Source: Acutalibacteraceae bacterium (GTDB lineage Bacteria; Bacillota; Clostridia; Oscillospirales; Acutalibacteraceae). From it: DNA of 62,451 bases. A program made the position numbers and the translations under genes. This document shows, piece by piece, positions 36,466 to 46,652 of this stretch. Within the stretch, counting starts at the first letter, position 1; each line of letters begins with the position of its first letter. Location: the NCBI GenBank assembly GCA_045656665.1, contig JAZORP010000054.1, positions 1 to 62,451 of the forward strand, written 5' to 3'. The notes beneath the pieces are model-generated. The model was not told the DNA's origin, made no database searches, and saw only the letters and a list, made by a program, of their open reading frames with translations.

Positions 36466-38256
36466 ATGTTCATTTCAGAAAACATTAAATATGTCGGTGT
36501 AAATGACCATTCGATAGATTTATTCGAAGGTCAATATTCCGTTCCAAACGGAATATCATACAACTCCTACACTATTATGGATGAAAAAATCGCTATTATG
36601 GATACTGTGGATGCTTCTTTCACGCACGAATGGCTTGACAATATCCAAAACACTCTCCACGGCAGAGAGCCCGATTATCTTATAGTTCAGCATATGGAGC
36701 CCGACCATTCCGCCAATATTCTCAATTTCACCAAGGCCTATCCCGATGCCAAAATAGTTTCGTCTTCAAAAGCATTTGAGATGATGAAGAAGTTTTTCGG
36801 GACCGATTTTAAGGATAAACAGTTGGTAGTAAACGAGGGTGACACATTATCTTTAGGCAAACACAGCCTGACCTTTATCACCGCACCTATGGTCCATTGG
36901 CCGGAAGTTATAATGACCTATGAAAGCACCGAAAAGGTCTTGTTCTCGGCTGACGGTTTCGGAAAATTCGGCGCTCTTGATATAAGTGAGGATTGGGTTG
37001 ATGAGGCCAGGCGCTACTACATCGGAATTGTAGGCAAATACGGCGCGCAGGTGCAAAATCTTTTAAAAAAAGCCTCCGGCCTTGATATTGGAAAGATCTG
37101 CCCTCTTCACGGGCCGATGCTAGCCGAAAATTTAAATTATTACCTAGGCCTTTATAACAGCTGGTCAAGCTATGAGCCTGAAACGGACGGTATTGTGATA
37201 GCATACACCTCGGTTTACGGTAATACTAAAAAGGCAGTTATGCAACTTGCAGAAAAATTAAAAGCAAACGGCTGTCCTAAGACAGTAATTTACGACCTTG
37301 CAAGATGCGATATGTCACAGGCCGTTGCTGATGCTTTCAAGTACAATAAAACCGTTTTCGCCACTACAACCTACAATGCCGAGATATTCCCCTTCATGAG
37401 GGAGTTTATATCCCACCTTACAGAGCGCAATTTTCAAAACAGAACCGTTGCCTTTATTGAAAACGGCAGTTGGGCTCCCCTTGCCGCCAAGGTTATGAAA
37501 GGGCTGCTCGAAAGGTGCAAAAATTTAACCTATGCAGACACCACCGTGAAAATTTTGTCTGCACTGAATGAAGAAAGCTCAGCCCAGTTAAATTCACTCG
37601 CGGATGAGCTTTGCAAGGAATATCTGGCGCAGCAGGATTCCACCGCAAATAAAAACGATTTGACGGCATTGTTTAATATCGGCTATGGCCTGTATGTCGT
37701 GACCTCAAACGACGGCAAAAAGGATAATGGCCTTATAGTCAATACTGTGACACAGGTCACAAATTCCCCTAACAGAATTGCCGTCACTATTAGTAAAGAA
37801 AATTATTCTCATCACATTATTAAACAGACCGGCATTATGAATATCAACTGTTTGACTGTGGATGCCCCCTTTTCTGTTTTTGAAAAATTCGGCTTCACCA
37901 GTGGAAGAAACACCGATAAATTCGAGGGCTGCGAGCCGTTTTATTCGGACAATGGGCTTGTATTCCTGCCGCGTTATATAAATTCGTTTATGTCGCTTAA
38001 GGTTGAGCAGTATGTCGACCTCGATACTCACGGAATGTTTATCTGCTCAATCTCCGAAGCGAGGGTCATTTCCAATCAGGAAACTATGACCTACACCTAT
38101 TATCAAAATTATGTCAAGCCAAAACCCGAAACTGACGGCAAAAAAGGATTTGTATGTAAGGTTTGCGGATATATTTATGAGGGCGATGAGCTCCCCGATG
38201 ATTTTGTTTGCCCTCTCTGCAAGCACGGCGCTGCCGATTTTGAGGAAATAAACTAA
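36466..38256 (+). CDS. multidomain flavodiiron protein (MBL-like diiron + flavodoxin + flavin-reductase-like + rubredoxin)
   Basis: HMEPDHSAN diiron motif; flavodoxin-like middle; flavin-reductase-like GLYVVTS...; C-terminal CKVCGYIY...CPLCKHG rubredoxin; start trimmed to ATG 36466. Confidence 0.88.
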   Translation: MFISENIKYVGVNDHSIDLFEGQYSVPNGISYNSYTIMDEKIAIMDTVDASFTHEWLDNIQNTLHGREPDYLIVQHMEPDHSANILNFTKAYPDAKIVSSSKAFEMMKKFFGTDFKDKQLVVNEGDTLSLGKHSLTFITAPMVHWPEVIMTYESTEKVLFSADGFGKFGALDISEDWVDEARRYYIGIVGKYGAQVQNLLKKASGLDIGKICPLHGPMLAENLNYYLGLYNSWSSYEPETDGIVIAYTSVYGNTKKAVMQLAEKLKANGCPKTVIYDLARCDMSQAVADAFKYNKTVFATTTYNAEIFPFMREFISHLTERNFQNRTVAFIENGSWAPLAAKVMKGLLERCKNLTYADTTVKILSALNEESSAQLNSLADELCKEYLAQQDSTANKNDLTALFNIGYGLYVVTSNDGKKDNGLIVNTVTQVTNSPNRIAVTISKENYSHHIIKQTGIMNINCLTVDAPFSVFEKFGFTSGRNTDKFEGCEPFYSDNGLVFLPRYINSFMSLKVEQYVDLDTHGMFICSISEARVISNQETMTYTYYQNYVKPKPETDGKKGFVCKVCGYIYEGDELPDDFVCPLCKHGAADFEEIN

Positions 38257-38269
38257 GGAGGTGGATTTT

Positions 38270-38428
38270 GTGAAATATGTTTGCAACGTTTGCGGTTGGG
38301 TTTATGATGAAGAAATAGGCGACCCCGATAACGGGATAGCCGCAGGAACCGAATTTGATGCCCTGCCTGAAGATTTTGTTTGCCCCCTTTGCGGTGTCGG
38401 CAAGGAAGATTTCAGCCCGGAAGACTAA
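38270..38428 (+). CDS. rubredoxin (52 aa)
   Basis: Hand translation from GTG after AAGGAGGTGG gives [14 protein letters not shown]...[13 protein letters not shown]; not in the ORF track. Confidence 0.85.
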   Translation: MKYVCNVCGWVYDEEIGDPDNGIAAGTEFDALPEDFVCPLCGVGKEDFSPED

Positions 38429-38444
38429 ACTTAAAGTTTTAAGC

Positions 38445-38488
38445 ATAAGAAAGCCGATAGATTAGAATTAATCTATCGGCTTTCTTAT
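38445..38488. terminator. bidirectional terminator
   Basis: ATAAGAAAGCCGATAGATT / AATCTATCGGCTTTCTTAT long stem between convergent genes. Confidence 0.7.
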
Positions 38489-38504
38489 GTCAATAAAGAT
38501 TTTG

Positions 38505-39179
38505 CTATGCTTCTTCAAAAATCGAAAGCATATTATCGTTATCGCAAATCGCAAGTGAAATATTTTTTGCTTTGCCATACCCTTGAACTTTTAGCTCATT
38601 TTGCAGCCATTTCAAGTCAAGCCCGCGGCATTTAAGATTTCCTTCAAGTATTCTGCCCTCCATTATGACCTCTGTTCCGATATATTCAGGTGTAGGAACC
38701 ATATTCATATCCGTGGGGTTTAAAGGGCGCTTTGCAGCTTTAGGCAAAACCGTTAGCCTGCCGTTATACTCGAATATTGCAGTTTTTATGTCATTTAGGT
38801 CAAAGTAACCCTCCTGCCTGCACATAACCATAAATTCACTAAGGTCCAGCTTTGCCTTTTTCATATTTTTGCGGTATATTTTGCCGTCATTCATAATAAT
38901 AGTAGGTGTGCCGTTAATAAATTTTCTTGTTCGCGGAAATTTGCTGGTCAAAATACCCAGCCCAAATGTGATTGTGCCATAAACCGCCATAGCTATCAGG
39001 GGCTTCCACGGCTTTTCAAGCTCGGTTGCAAGCTCTGCTGCAATAGAGCCTATAGTAATTCCCGTAATGTAATCAAAGAAGTCAAGCTGAGACATCTGCT
39101 TATGACCCAGAAATTTTGCTATTACAAATAAGGCCGCCGCAGAAGCAACAGCACTAATAACAACCTTTAAAGCTTCCAT
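38505..39179 (-). CDS. DUF421 (YetF-like) membrane protein
   Basis: Three N-terminal TM helices plus a YetF-type soluble C-domain pattern. Confidence 0.75.
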   Translation of the reverse strand: MEALKVVISAVASAAALFVIAKFLGHKQMSQLDFFDYITGITIGSIAAELATELEKPWKPLIAMAVYGTITFGLGILTSKFPRTRKFINGTPTIIMNDGKIYRKNMKKAKLDLSEFMVMCRQEGYFDLNDIKTAIFEYNGRLTVLPKAAKRPLNPTDMNMVPTPEYIGTEVIMEGRILEGNLKCRGLDLKWLQNELKVQGYGKAKNISLAICDNDNMLSIFEEA

Positions 39180-39253
39180 CTAAAACCCCGCCATATTAAA
39201 AATTATATTTCTTTTAAAATATTAATTCCCTTCGAGGCGGTTTTATATGCATT

Positions 39254-39676
39254 CTACTTTTCTTGCACCCTTTGATTCAGTTTTTCAACATTCTTCTTTG
39301 TGACAATATTTATTATAAGCCAAATTATAGTATATCCAACAATAAACACTACGCTGAAAATCAGAATTGGAGTTTTCTGAGCTTTCAGCCAACCGTTTAG
39401 TAAATAAAAAATAATATAATCAATGTAAAGCGCTGCCCCGTGAATGAGGGCCGCCGAAAACAGTGGCAGTCTTTCTATTTGATAAACGATGGTTATCCCC
39501 GCAGCTATAAAGGCCATAAGCGTTACTGTTAATATCTCGGTGGAAATTTTCGAAACAGATATAGTCTCCACCACATTATTTGCATCTAAAATCAAATAAA
39601 CTATTGCCATAACTATCGGGCCTCCTACAGCAGCCAGAGAGCCTCTCTTTAAAAAATCAATTATATACCTTTTCAT
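39254..39676 (-). CDS. DUF3021-like small membrane protein
   Basis: 4-TM 140-aa protein directly downstream of, and overlapping, a LytTR gene, the usual partner arrangement. Confidence 0.65.
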   Translation of the reverse strand: MKRYIIDFLKRGSLAAVGGPIVMAIVYLILDANNVVETISVSKISTEILTVTLMAFIAAGITIVYQIERLPLFSAALIHGAALYIDYIIFYLLNGWLKAQKTPILIFSVVFIVGYTIIWLIINIVTKKNVEKLNQRVQEK

Positions 39677-40113
39677 TTTGTAAGCCTCCTTTTAATTTCT
39701 GCAAAGCATCTGCGTGAAACATATTCTATATGCCCACACCTGAAAACCGCGTTCACAGCACCGCTTAAAGTGCCTTTGAATCTTTCTATGCGCTCCATAT
39801 TGCCAACGGCTGATTTGTTGATTTTAATAAATGCTGTCGGCAGCAGCTTTTCGATTTCATAAAGCCTTAGCTTTATTATGTATTTGCTGCCGTTTTTAAG
39901 GACAGCGTAGGTCTTGCCGCTTTCCACGAATACACACTCGATATCAGCAAAATACAAAGCCTTTATCTCGTCTTCCCAAAAGCCGGTTACCGAATCGCTG
40001 CCGTTGTATGCCATAACAAGGGCTTCTACCTTATCGGTCAGCCGCGTTCTCTCGCGAACAGTTGCGGTAATATTTTCTTCTGCCGTCTTATCTATTACAA
40101 GCCGAAATTCCAT
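39673..40113 (-). CDS. LytTR-family DNA-binding protein (no receiver domain)
   Basis: LytTR-like beta-rich pattern (FIKINKSAVGNMERIERF); start trimmed to ATG 40113 after AAGGAGGAAAAGG. Confidence 0.75.
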   Translation of the reverse strand: MEFRLVIDKTAEENITATVRERTRLTDKVEALVMAYNGSDSVTGFWEDEIKALYFADIECVFVESGKTYAVLKNGSKYIIKLRLYEIEKLLPTAFIKINKSAVGNMERIERFKGTLSGAVNAVFRCGHIEYVSRRCFAEIKRRLTK

Positions 40114-40296
40114 ACCTTTTCCTCCTTTGACAACATTATAACATAAATTGATTTTCAATGTTGTAATTTCTCCCTATCGGTATTTTTTAAGGCTTAAACG
40201 GCAGGCCGATTGACTTTAAAGTGCGTATAAATTATAATAATATTAGGAAATCAAAGCTAAAAGCTGTATATCAGAGCAGAAAGGGTTTAACATATT

Positions 40297-40917
40297 ATGA
40301 AAATTTTAATCTTGAATGGCAGCCCCAGAGCGAACGGTAACACCGCAATTGCTCTTAAAGAAATGGAAATGGTCTTCGCAAAAAACGGATTTGAAACCGA
40401 AACCATTCAAATAGGCGATAAGGAGATACGCGGTTGTTTAGGCTGCGGATACTGCTTTAAAAACGGAAAATGCGCAATAGATGATATCGTCAATAATGAG
40501 CTGGCCGCCAAATTCGAGGAATGCGACGGATTAGTAGTGGGCAGCCCTGTTTATTATGCTGCCGCCAATGGAACGCTTGTGTCTTTGCTTGACCGTTTGT
40601 TCTACAGCACAAAATTCAACAAAACCATGAAGGTCGGCGCCGCCGTTGCAGTCGCTCGCCGCGGAGGTTGTTCAGCCGCTTTCGACCAGCTTAATAAATA
40701 TTTCACCATATCAGGTATGCCTGTGGCTTCGGGCCAATATTGGAACAGTGTTCACGGCAGAAAGGTTGGCGAAGCTGTAAGTGATGAAGAGGGGCTGCAG
40801 AGTATGCGCACCTTGGCAGAAAATATGTCCTTCCTTATAAAAAGCATCGCCCTCGGCAAGGAAAAGTACGGTCTCCCCGAAAAAGAGCCTTGGAAGATGA
40901 CTAATTTTATCCGCTGA
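40297..40917 (+). CDS. NADPH-dependent FMN reductase / iron-sulfur flavoprotein-like
   Basis: MKILILNGSPRANGNT flavodoxin-like fold start; CLGCGYCFKNGKC Cys cluster. Confidence 0.8.
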   Translation: MKILILNGSPRANGNTAIALKEMEMVFAKNGFETETIQIGDKEIRGCLGCGYCFKNGKCAIDDIVNNELAAKFEECDGLVVGSPVYYAAANGTLVSLLDRLFYSTKFNKTMKVGAAVAVARRGGCSAAFDQLNKYFTISGMPVASGQYWNSVHGRKVGEAVSDEEGLQSMRTLAENMSFLIKSIALGKEKYGLPEKEPWKMTNFIR

Positions 40918-41021
40918 TTAAAGAGATGTAATACGGATTTCTTTAAAATAGCGCAATTCTGCCAACCCTGCCGCAATTTTGACTTTGTGAGAGGGGTTGT
41001 GTTAAGGATAAATGAATTATA

Positions 41022-41276
41022 ATCCCTCCGTCATTTTCTTGTAAAAATAACACCTCCCTTTACAAGGGAGGCAAAAGACAGTCGCCGCATTTGCGGTTAC
41101 GGAGGGTGTATTCATTATGTAGGGACCGGCGAACGGTCCGGAAACGGTGATTTTGATAAAACGGATCGCCGAAGCAAGCGTAAGCGTGCGACGCGGGAGT
41201 GAATGACAGTCCGGTGGACTGTCAGAGTCGCCCAGAGACCGAGCCGCAAGAAGGAAATCGGTCCCTGGGCAATTCT
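41022..41276. repeat. MITE-like structured intergenic repeat, full copy
   Basis: Shares the end module GGAGGG..ATTCATTATGTAGGGACCGGCG with 62401-62451 and, inverted, with 48212-48238; about 70-nt core is about 90% identical to 48126-48197. Confidence 0.55.
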
Positions 41277-41295
41277 ATTTGCGCCAAATGATGAT

Positions 41296-42084
41296 CTATT
41301 GTAGCTTTATGCTGATTTCCCCTGATGAGAGGTATTTTCGGGTTCCGTCCTCGAAACGGACAAGTAATCGGCAGTCATTGTCAATTTCAAGGGCGGTAGC
41401 CGAGATGGAAATATCGTTTGATATAACATTGATTTTTTTGCCAATAACCAAAGAACGCCTGCGATATTCCTGAATAAAGGCTTTATTCGAAAGCCGATTG
41501 TAATAATCAAAGAATCGGTTGATTATTTCTGCCGCAAGTCGGCTTCTAAGACCGGATTCCCTTACTTTAAAAACCGCGCCGGCGATATCTTTCAGGGCAT
41601 CCGGATATCCGCAAAGGGGCTCATAAGCATTAATGCCTATACCTAAAATCACATAGTCAAGCATTCCTGTTTGGGGGTTTAGCGCGCCTTCAGCAAGTAT
41701 GCCGCAGACCTTTTTGGAATTTATAAAAACATCATTTACCCATTTAATTTGCGCATTGCAACCGGTTAAAGCTTCACAGGCCTCGCTGACGGCGACAGCG
41801 GCAGCGGCAGTTAATAGGACTGCTTTTTCAGCCGGAATAGTAGGGCGCAGCAAAAAGCTCATATATATACCGCAACCTTGTGGTGAGTGAAATTCGCGGC
41901 CAAAGCGGCCTCTGCCATGGGTCTGTCTGTCGGCAATTATGATTTTGCCCTCATTATCTATAGGAGTTATGAGATTTTTTAAATAGGTGTTGGTAGAGGC
42001 GGTCTCATCTAACACCGCGAGGTCGATTTCTTTATTGTTCAGGAAATTTAGAATAGTATCTTTTGTAAAATCATGGTACAACAT
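41296..42084 (-). CDS. birA: biotin--[acetyl-CoA-carboxylase] ligase (no N-terminal HTH evident)
   Basis: GRGRFGREFHSPQG biotin-binding loop; KWVNDV; 262 aa. Confidence 0.88.
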   Translation of the reverse strand: MLYHDFTKDTILNFLNNKEIDLAVLDETASTNTYLKNLITPIDNEGKIIIADRQTHGRGRFGREFHSPQGCGIYMSFLLRPTIPAEKAVLLTAAAAVAVSEACEALTGCNAQIKWVNDVFINSKKVCGILAEGALNPQTGMLDYVILGIGINAYEPLCGYPDALKDIAGAVFKVRESGLRSRLAAEIINRFFDYYNRLSNKAFIQEYRRRSLVIGKKINVISNDISISATALEIDNDCRLLVRFEDGTRKYLSSGEISIKLQ

Positions 42085-42150
42085 TTAGAATATCTCACCG
42101 CCTTTAAAAATAATTATATCAACTTATTTCTCAGTTTACAATACATTAAT

Positions 42151-42179
42151 TTGACAAATTATATGTTATATAGTAATAT
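42151..42179 (+). promoter_or_regulatory. candidate sigma-A promoter
   Basis: TTGACA, 17 nt spacer, TAATAT; 47 nt upstream of the CNNM gene start. Confidence 0.4.
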
Positions 42180-42226
42180 ATACCTGATTAGGCAACTAAT
42201 AAATTTAATTAATAGGAGATGGTTTT

Positions 42227-43240
42227 GTGGACGACAGTCCGGCGGGTAGTATTATAATCTTTGTGTTGCTGATTCTATGTAGCGCTTATTTTTCAGGCGC
42301 GGAGATTTCTCTTGCCTCAGTCAACCGTATTCACATGATGAGCCGCGCTTCAAAGGGCATTAAAAGCGCTGAAAGAGTGCTAAAGGTTCTGGAAAATTTT
42401 GAAGAGGCGTTATCGGTCTTGCTAATAGGAAATAATGTCGTTAACATCGGCTGCGCAACCCTTGCAACCATAGTGGCCACAAGAATTTGGGGCATAGGAG
42501 CGGTATCGGTTTCAACTGTTGTTACAACGATTGTTATTTTCCTTTTTGGAGAAATGCTACCTAAGTGTTTTGCGCACTCCTGCAATGAGCGTTTCGCTGA
42601 AATAGCCTGCGGCCCGTTGCTGATTTTGATGAGGCTTTTAAAGCCTTTATCCGTTATGTTTACTGCTATTTCATCGGCCGTTTCAAAGCCCTTTAAAAAG
42701 CACACTGAAAATCAGGTCACCATGACCGAGGACGAGCTCAATGATATCATTGAGAATATCTCTGAGGAGGATGGGTTTGACGAGGACACAGGAAAGCTTG
42801 TTAAATCGGCTTTGCATTTTTCCAACTCAAAGGCTTCAGATGTTATGATCCCGTGGGAGGAAGTCCAGAAGATCAGCACCGTCTATAAAACTCCGCAGAT
42901 TTTAAAAATAGTTAAAAGCTCTGTTCATTCTCGCATCCCTGTGATAGATCGAAACGGCAATCTCAAGGGTATCCTGCAAATCAGGAAATTCCTCAAGGCC
43001 TACAAAGGGCCAAATCACAGCATTATTCTCGCGAGTGTGATGGATTATCCATATTTTGTCGATGCCGAAGAACCGATTGATGAGGTGCTCGCCGAGATGA
43101 GCAATCACCGCAGAAATCTCGCAATCGTGCGAAACGGTAGCGGCGATATAGCCGGCATAATAACGGTGGAAGATATTTTGGAGGAGCTTGTCGGTGAGAT
43201 TTATGACGAGGATGATATGGGAGGTGCCGAGAATGACTAA
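42227..43240 (+). CDS. CNNM/HlyC/CorC-family transporter (DUF21 + CBS pair, no CorC_HlyC tail)
   Basis: FSGAEISLASVN DUF21 start; LFGEMLPK; CBS pair; GTG start. Confidence 0.85.
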   Translation: MDDSPAGSIIIFVLLILCSAYFSGAEISLASVNRIHMMSRASKGIKSAERVLKVLENFEEALSVLLIGNNVVNIGCATLATIVATRIWGIGAVSVSTVVTTIVIFLFGEMLPKCFAHSCNERFAEIACGPLLILMRLLKPLSVMFTAISSAVSKPFKKHTENQVTMTEDELNDIIENISEEDGFDEDTGKLVKSALHFSNSKASDVMIPWEEVQKISTVYKTPQILKIVKSSVHSRIPVIDRNGNLKGILQIRKFLKAYKGPNHSIILASVMDYPYFVDAEEPIDEVLAEMSNHRRNLAIVRNGSGDIAGIITVEDILEELVGEIYDEDDMGGAEND

Positions 43241-44513
43241 CGCCTTTCGTTACCTTGCTATCGTCCTGCTTATTTTGGTATCGGCTTTCTTTTCCTCCAC
43301 TGAGATAGCATTTGCCAGCGTCAATTCTGCCAGACTTAAATCAAGGCGTCAAAAGAAAGATTCTTTGGCCTTAGCCCTCGCGAGCAGAATCGTCGATAAC
43401 TACGATAAGACATTAGGGGCAATTCTTGTCGGTAACAATCTTGCCAATACTGCCTCATCTTCAATTGCAACCCTTATTGTTATAGATTATTTCGGTGAAA
43501 GAAACGCCTGGATAGCTACTGTCGTTATGACCTTGCTGGTGCTTTTGTTCGGCGAAATTATACCAAAGGTGCTTGCCAAACAAATGGCAGAGCAGTTTTG
43601 CGTAGCAGTTGCTGTTCCGATTTACATTCTCTCAATAATTTTGAAGCCCGTAACCATTGTTGTTTTGGGGTTGGTTAATTTATCGTCCCGTCTTTGGAAA
43701 TCAAGCGTTGCCGACAGTGACGCTGTCTCGGAGGATGACTTCGAAAACATTATCGAGATTGTTGAGGATGAGGGTGTTCTTGACGAGGAGCAATGCGATC
43801 TTTTGCAAAACGCCCTTGATTTTGATGAGGTTCTTGCCTACGAGGTCATAACTCCGCGTGTAGATATGGAAGCTATTGATATACGCGACCCGTATGAGCT
43901 CAATGTCCGCAAAATAAGCGAATGTACCTATTCGCGTATGCCTGTTTTTGAAGACACGCCTGATAATATTATAGGAATTCTTCATTTAAACCATTTTTAT
44001 AAAGCTTTTGTTGACGGTAAAAGGGTAAACATTCGCGAGTTGCTTTTGCCGGTGGTTTCTGTTCATAAAACAATGCCGCTTCCGGATGTGCTTGAAAAGA
44101 TGAAGGAGGCAAAAACCCATATGATGGTAGTGCTTGATGAGTACGGCGGCACTATGGGTATAATCACTATGGAGGATGTTCTCGAGCAGCTCGTTGGCGA
44201 AATATTTGATGAGAGCGACGAGATTGAGAGGGAATTTGTTTGTATAGATGAAACTCATTTTGAGGCCGACGGTGATATGCGTGTTTATGACTTCTTCGAT
44301 GAATTCGATATAGATATTGATGAAGAAGAGGATTTCGATGGTGACACAGTAACTATAGGCGGCTGGGTCGTTTCCATGCTAGACGGTGAGCCCGAGGAAG
44401 GTGTCAGCTTTACCTTCGAAAATCTTCGGATAACCGTTATAAAGGCCGACGGTATTCGAATCGAGCGCATCGCTGTAGAAGAATTACCATCTGATGATGA
44501 GGACGAGGAATAA
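43233..44513 (+). CDS. CNNM/HlyC/CorC-family transporter (DUF21 + CBS pair + CorC_HlyC domain)
   Basis: FSSTEIAFASVN, LFGEIIPK, CBS pair, C-terminal transporter-associated domain, acidic tail; start trimmed to ATG 43233 after GGGAGGTG; 8-nt overlap with the paralog. Confidence 0.88.
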   Translation: MTNAFRYLAIVLLILVSAFFSSTEIAFASVNSARLKSRRQKKDSLALALASRIVDNYDKTLGAILVGNNLANTASSSIATLIVIDYFGERNAWIATVVMTLLVLLFGEIIPKVLAKQMAEQFCVAVAVPIYILSIILKPVTIVVLGLVNLSSRLWKSSVADSDAVSEDDFENIIEIVEDEGVLDEEQCDLLQNALDFDEVLAYEVITPRVDMEAIDIRDPYELNVRKISECTYSRMPVFEDTPDNIIGILHLNHFYKAFVDGKRVNIRELLLPVVSVHKTMPLPDVLEKMKEAKTHMMVVLDEYGGTMGIITMEDVLEQLVGEIFDESDEIEREFVCIDETHFEADGDMRVYDFFDEFDIDIDEEEDFDGDTVTIGGWVVSMLDGEPEEGVSFTFENLRITVIKADGIRIERIAVEELPSDDEDEE

Positions 44514-44527
44514 TCGAAATAAATATA

Positions 44528-44569
44528 AAGCAGACTTCTCTCTCTTGAAGATTTAAGTCTGCTTTTTTT
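44528..44569 (+). terminator. rho-independent terminator
   Basis: AAAGCAGACTT / AAGTCTGCTTT stem followed by a T-run. Confidence 0.65.
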
Positions 44570-44645
44570 GCATTGGTCTGTTGACAAAACGGTACAATTG
44601 ATTTATAATATACCTTGTATTTGAAATGAGTTATTAAAAATGTAT

Positions 44646-44712
44646 CGAGGTGTGGCGCAGTTGGTAGCGCACTAGTTTTGGGAGCACACAGCAGTTAAAA
44701 CTCCTGAAATAA
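44646..44712 (+). pseudogene. decayed copy of tRNA-Pro (5' half plus 3' flank only)
   Basis: 38 nt (44646-44683) identical to tRNA-Pro positions 1-38, then 13 unrelated nt, then AAAACTCC-TGAAAT matching the tRNA's downstream flank; 3' half missing. Confidence 0.6.
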
Positions 44713-44854
44713 TACACCACCGCTAAAACCCTTTATTTATGCGGTTTTCAGCGATTCGCAAAAATTAAAAAAGCGGTCAAAAATAAATTTGACCACAGTT
44801 TGTCCCACAATTGAAAAATTTTTCAAAAGTTTGGGCGAAAAAACAACTTAATAT

Positions 44855-44930
44855 CGAGGTGTGGCGCAGTTGGTAGCGCACTAGTTTTGGGAACTAGATG
44901 CCGCAGGTTCGAGCCCTGTCACCTCGACCA
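44855..44930 (+). tRNA. tRNA-Pro (anticodon UGG)
   Basis: Cloverleaf folded by hand: acceptor CGAGGTG/CACCTCG, D arm GCGC-AGTTGGTA-GCGC, anticodon arm CTAGT-TTTGGGA-ACTAG, T arm GCAGG-TTCGAGC-CCTGT, encoded CCA; 76 nt. Confidence 0.92.
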
Positions 44931-44975
44931 AAACTCCCCTGAAATCTACTGATTTCAGGGGAGTTTTATTTTGTT
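44931..44975. terminator. bidirectional terminator after tRNA-Pro and after the island operon
   Basis: AAACTCCCCTGAAATC / GATTTCAGGGGAGTTT 16-bp stem followed by a T-run. Confidence 0.7.
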
Positions 44976-44992
44976 TGTTATAAAAAAATATA

Positions 44993-45772
44993 TTAATTTC
45001 CTTCTCCAATATGATGAACTTGACCTATAAATTCAGGGTATCCATTTTCAATAGAAATTAATTCTTTAATATCTTCCAATTTAGCAAACCCCAAATCGTT
45101 TCTACATTTCACGTTATATACTTGAATATATTCATTCGTCATAGCGTCAACATACTGCAAACCAAACGAGATTTCCAAAGCATGCTTTGCATCATCAAGA
45201 TAAAATTTTAATTGTAATTTTTCTTTATCACCAACTTTAATCAATTTTCTATAGGACTTACCACCTATATTATTGTTATGGTGTATAACTAGTGTATTTG
45301 CGAAGCCATTTCCTATATTCTCTAGCTGCAAATCAATAACTACAACCTTATTTTTGTCTATTTCATAAAACCGGCTAGGCACTTCAATGATTTTATCATC
45401 TGTACTTTTTACTAATCTAACACTTTCTGCACGTATAAGTTTTATATTGATAAAAGGCATATGTGCAATTCTACTTTTAGCAAGGTCTGAATTTCGATAA
45501 TACCTTATTGTTAAGAAAACACCCAAAAATGATATTGAACCAGAAATAATACCTCCTATTATTCCTCCCCAATATGATGGTAATGAACTTGTCCAAGTAG
45601 TTAAATCTTTTACAAAGGACTTCTCCAGAAAACATTGAATTCCAACTGATATAAGTATAATAATTACAAGTGCAAGGCTAATAGTTATTATTTTTACAAA
45701 TAGATGTTTCTTTCGTGGCTTAACAATCTGCCCAAAACGTTGTTCGATATAAGATGTTCCTTTTTTTATCAT
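44993..45772 (-). CDS. hypothetical 2-TM membrane-anchored protein (259 aa), island gene 3
   Basis: Long ORF in about 30% G+C DNA; start trimmed to ATG 45772 after AAGGAG; basic N-terminus, two TM helices, beta-rich body with an LENIGNGFANTLVI motif; no family recognised. Confidence 0.6.
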   Translation of the reverse strand: MIKKGTSYIEQRFGQIVKPRKKHLFVKIITISLALVIIILISVGIQCFLEKSFVKDLTTWTSSLPSYWGGIIGGIISGSISFLGVFLTIRYYRNSDLAKSRIAHMPFINIKLIRAESVRLVKSTDDKIIEVPSRFYEIDKNKVVVIDLQLENIGNGFANTLVIHHNNNIGGKSYRKLIKVGDKEKLQLKFYLDDAKHALEISFGLQYVDAMTNEYIQVYNVKCRNDLGFAKLEDIKELISIENGYPEFIGQVHHIGEGN

Positions 45773-45788
45773 TTTTACTCCTTTGCAA

Positions 45789-46607
45789 TTAGCTTCTTCG
45801 ATACCACAAAGCCTTCTCTTCATCATCAGTTACTTCATAAAAAGTATAAGCGACTAATCTATCAATTTTATTTAACTCCACCAAAAGTTCCATAACATAA
45901 TCTTTTTCCATATCTAATTTTTCTGATATTTGTAATGCTGTAGAATTTGGTGATATACAAACTTCTTTAAAAATTTTAAACTTATCAGCATCACTTTTTG
46001 TTTCATTATGTACTACTACATTTTGAATTTTAGGTGCTTTGTCCATTGCTTTAAGTATATCACGATGAAATCTTTTATCATCTTCTTTTATGTACTTTAA
46101 GTGTTGAGAAATATCTTCCAGAGGTGACTGATACACTATCAAAAATCGGTATTGATTTATATCAATTTCAGTATGTTCGTTGAAACAATTATATGAAATA
46201 TCGAACTTTGCTTTCACTTTGGCAATTTGAGAAAAAGAAGGTTGACCACCAAGTAAAACTGTAATTTTCTGCTTGCTTGCCAAATAGAATATAGCATCAT
46301 TCAATTCTTCAAGTCTATTTCTATCCGCTTTATCATTAATATTATTAATGAATTCTTTGTTAATTTTTACTTGAACATTTTCCGCAGATATTGGCCCTTC
46401 GTTTTCAATTATAAAACACAACAATCCAGAGCGAATTATATCGAATCTAACAGTAACTATTGGTCTATTAACTAAATTAAATTGTTTTATCATTTCTTCA
46501 GTTTGTTCTTTAGCTGCCTTTGCTGATTTTCCATTATAAATACAAATGTAAATTGTTGCTACTACGTAAATAGCTGTAATAATAACCATTAACCAATCTG
46601 TCAACAT
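45789..46607 (-). CDS. hypothetical N-terminally anchored protein (272 aa), island gene 2
   Basis: Long ORF in AT-rich DNA; one N-terminal TM; IIENEGPISAENVQV motif resembling its neighbour; helix-rich, possibly wHTH-like C-terminus; no family recognised. Confidence 0.6.
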   Translation of the reverse strand: MLTDWLMVIITAIYVVATIYICIYNGKSAKAAKEQTEEMIKQFNLVNRPIVTVRFDIIRSGLLCFIIENEGPISAENVQVKINKEFINNINDKADRNRLEELNDAIFYLASKQKITVLLGGQPSFSQIAKVKAKFDISYNCFNEHTEIDINQYRFLIVYQSPLEDISQHLKYIKEDDKRFHRDILKAMDKAPKIQNVVVHNETKSDADKFKIFKEVCISPNSTALQISEKLDMEKDYVMELLVELNKIDRLVAYTFYEVTDDEEKALWYRRS

Positions 46608-46652
46608 TGTTTCACCCTCACTTCATATAAACTACATAGAATATATAAAAAT

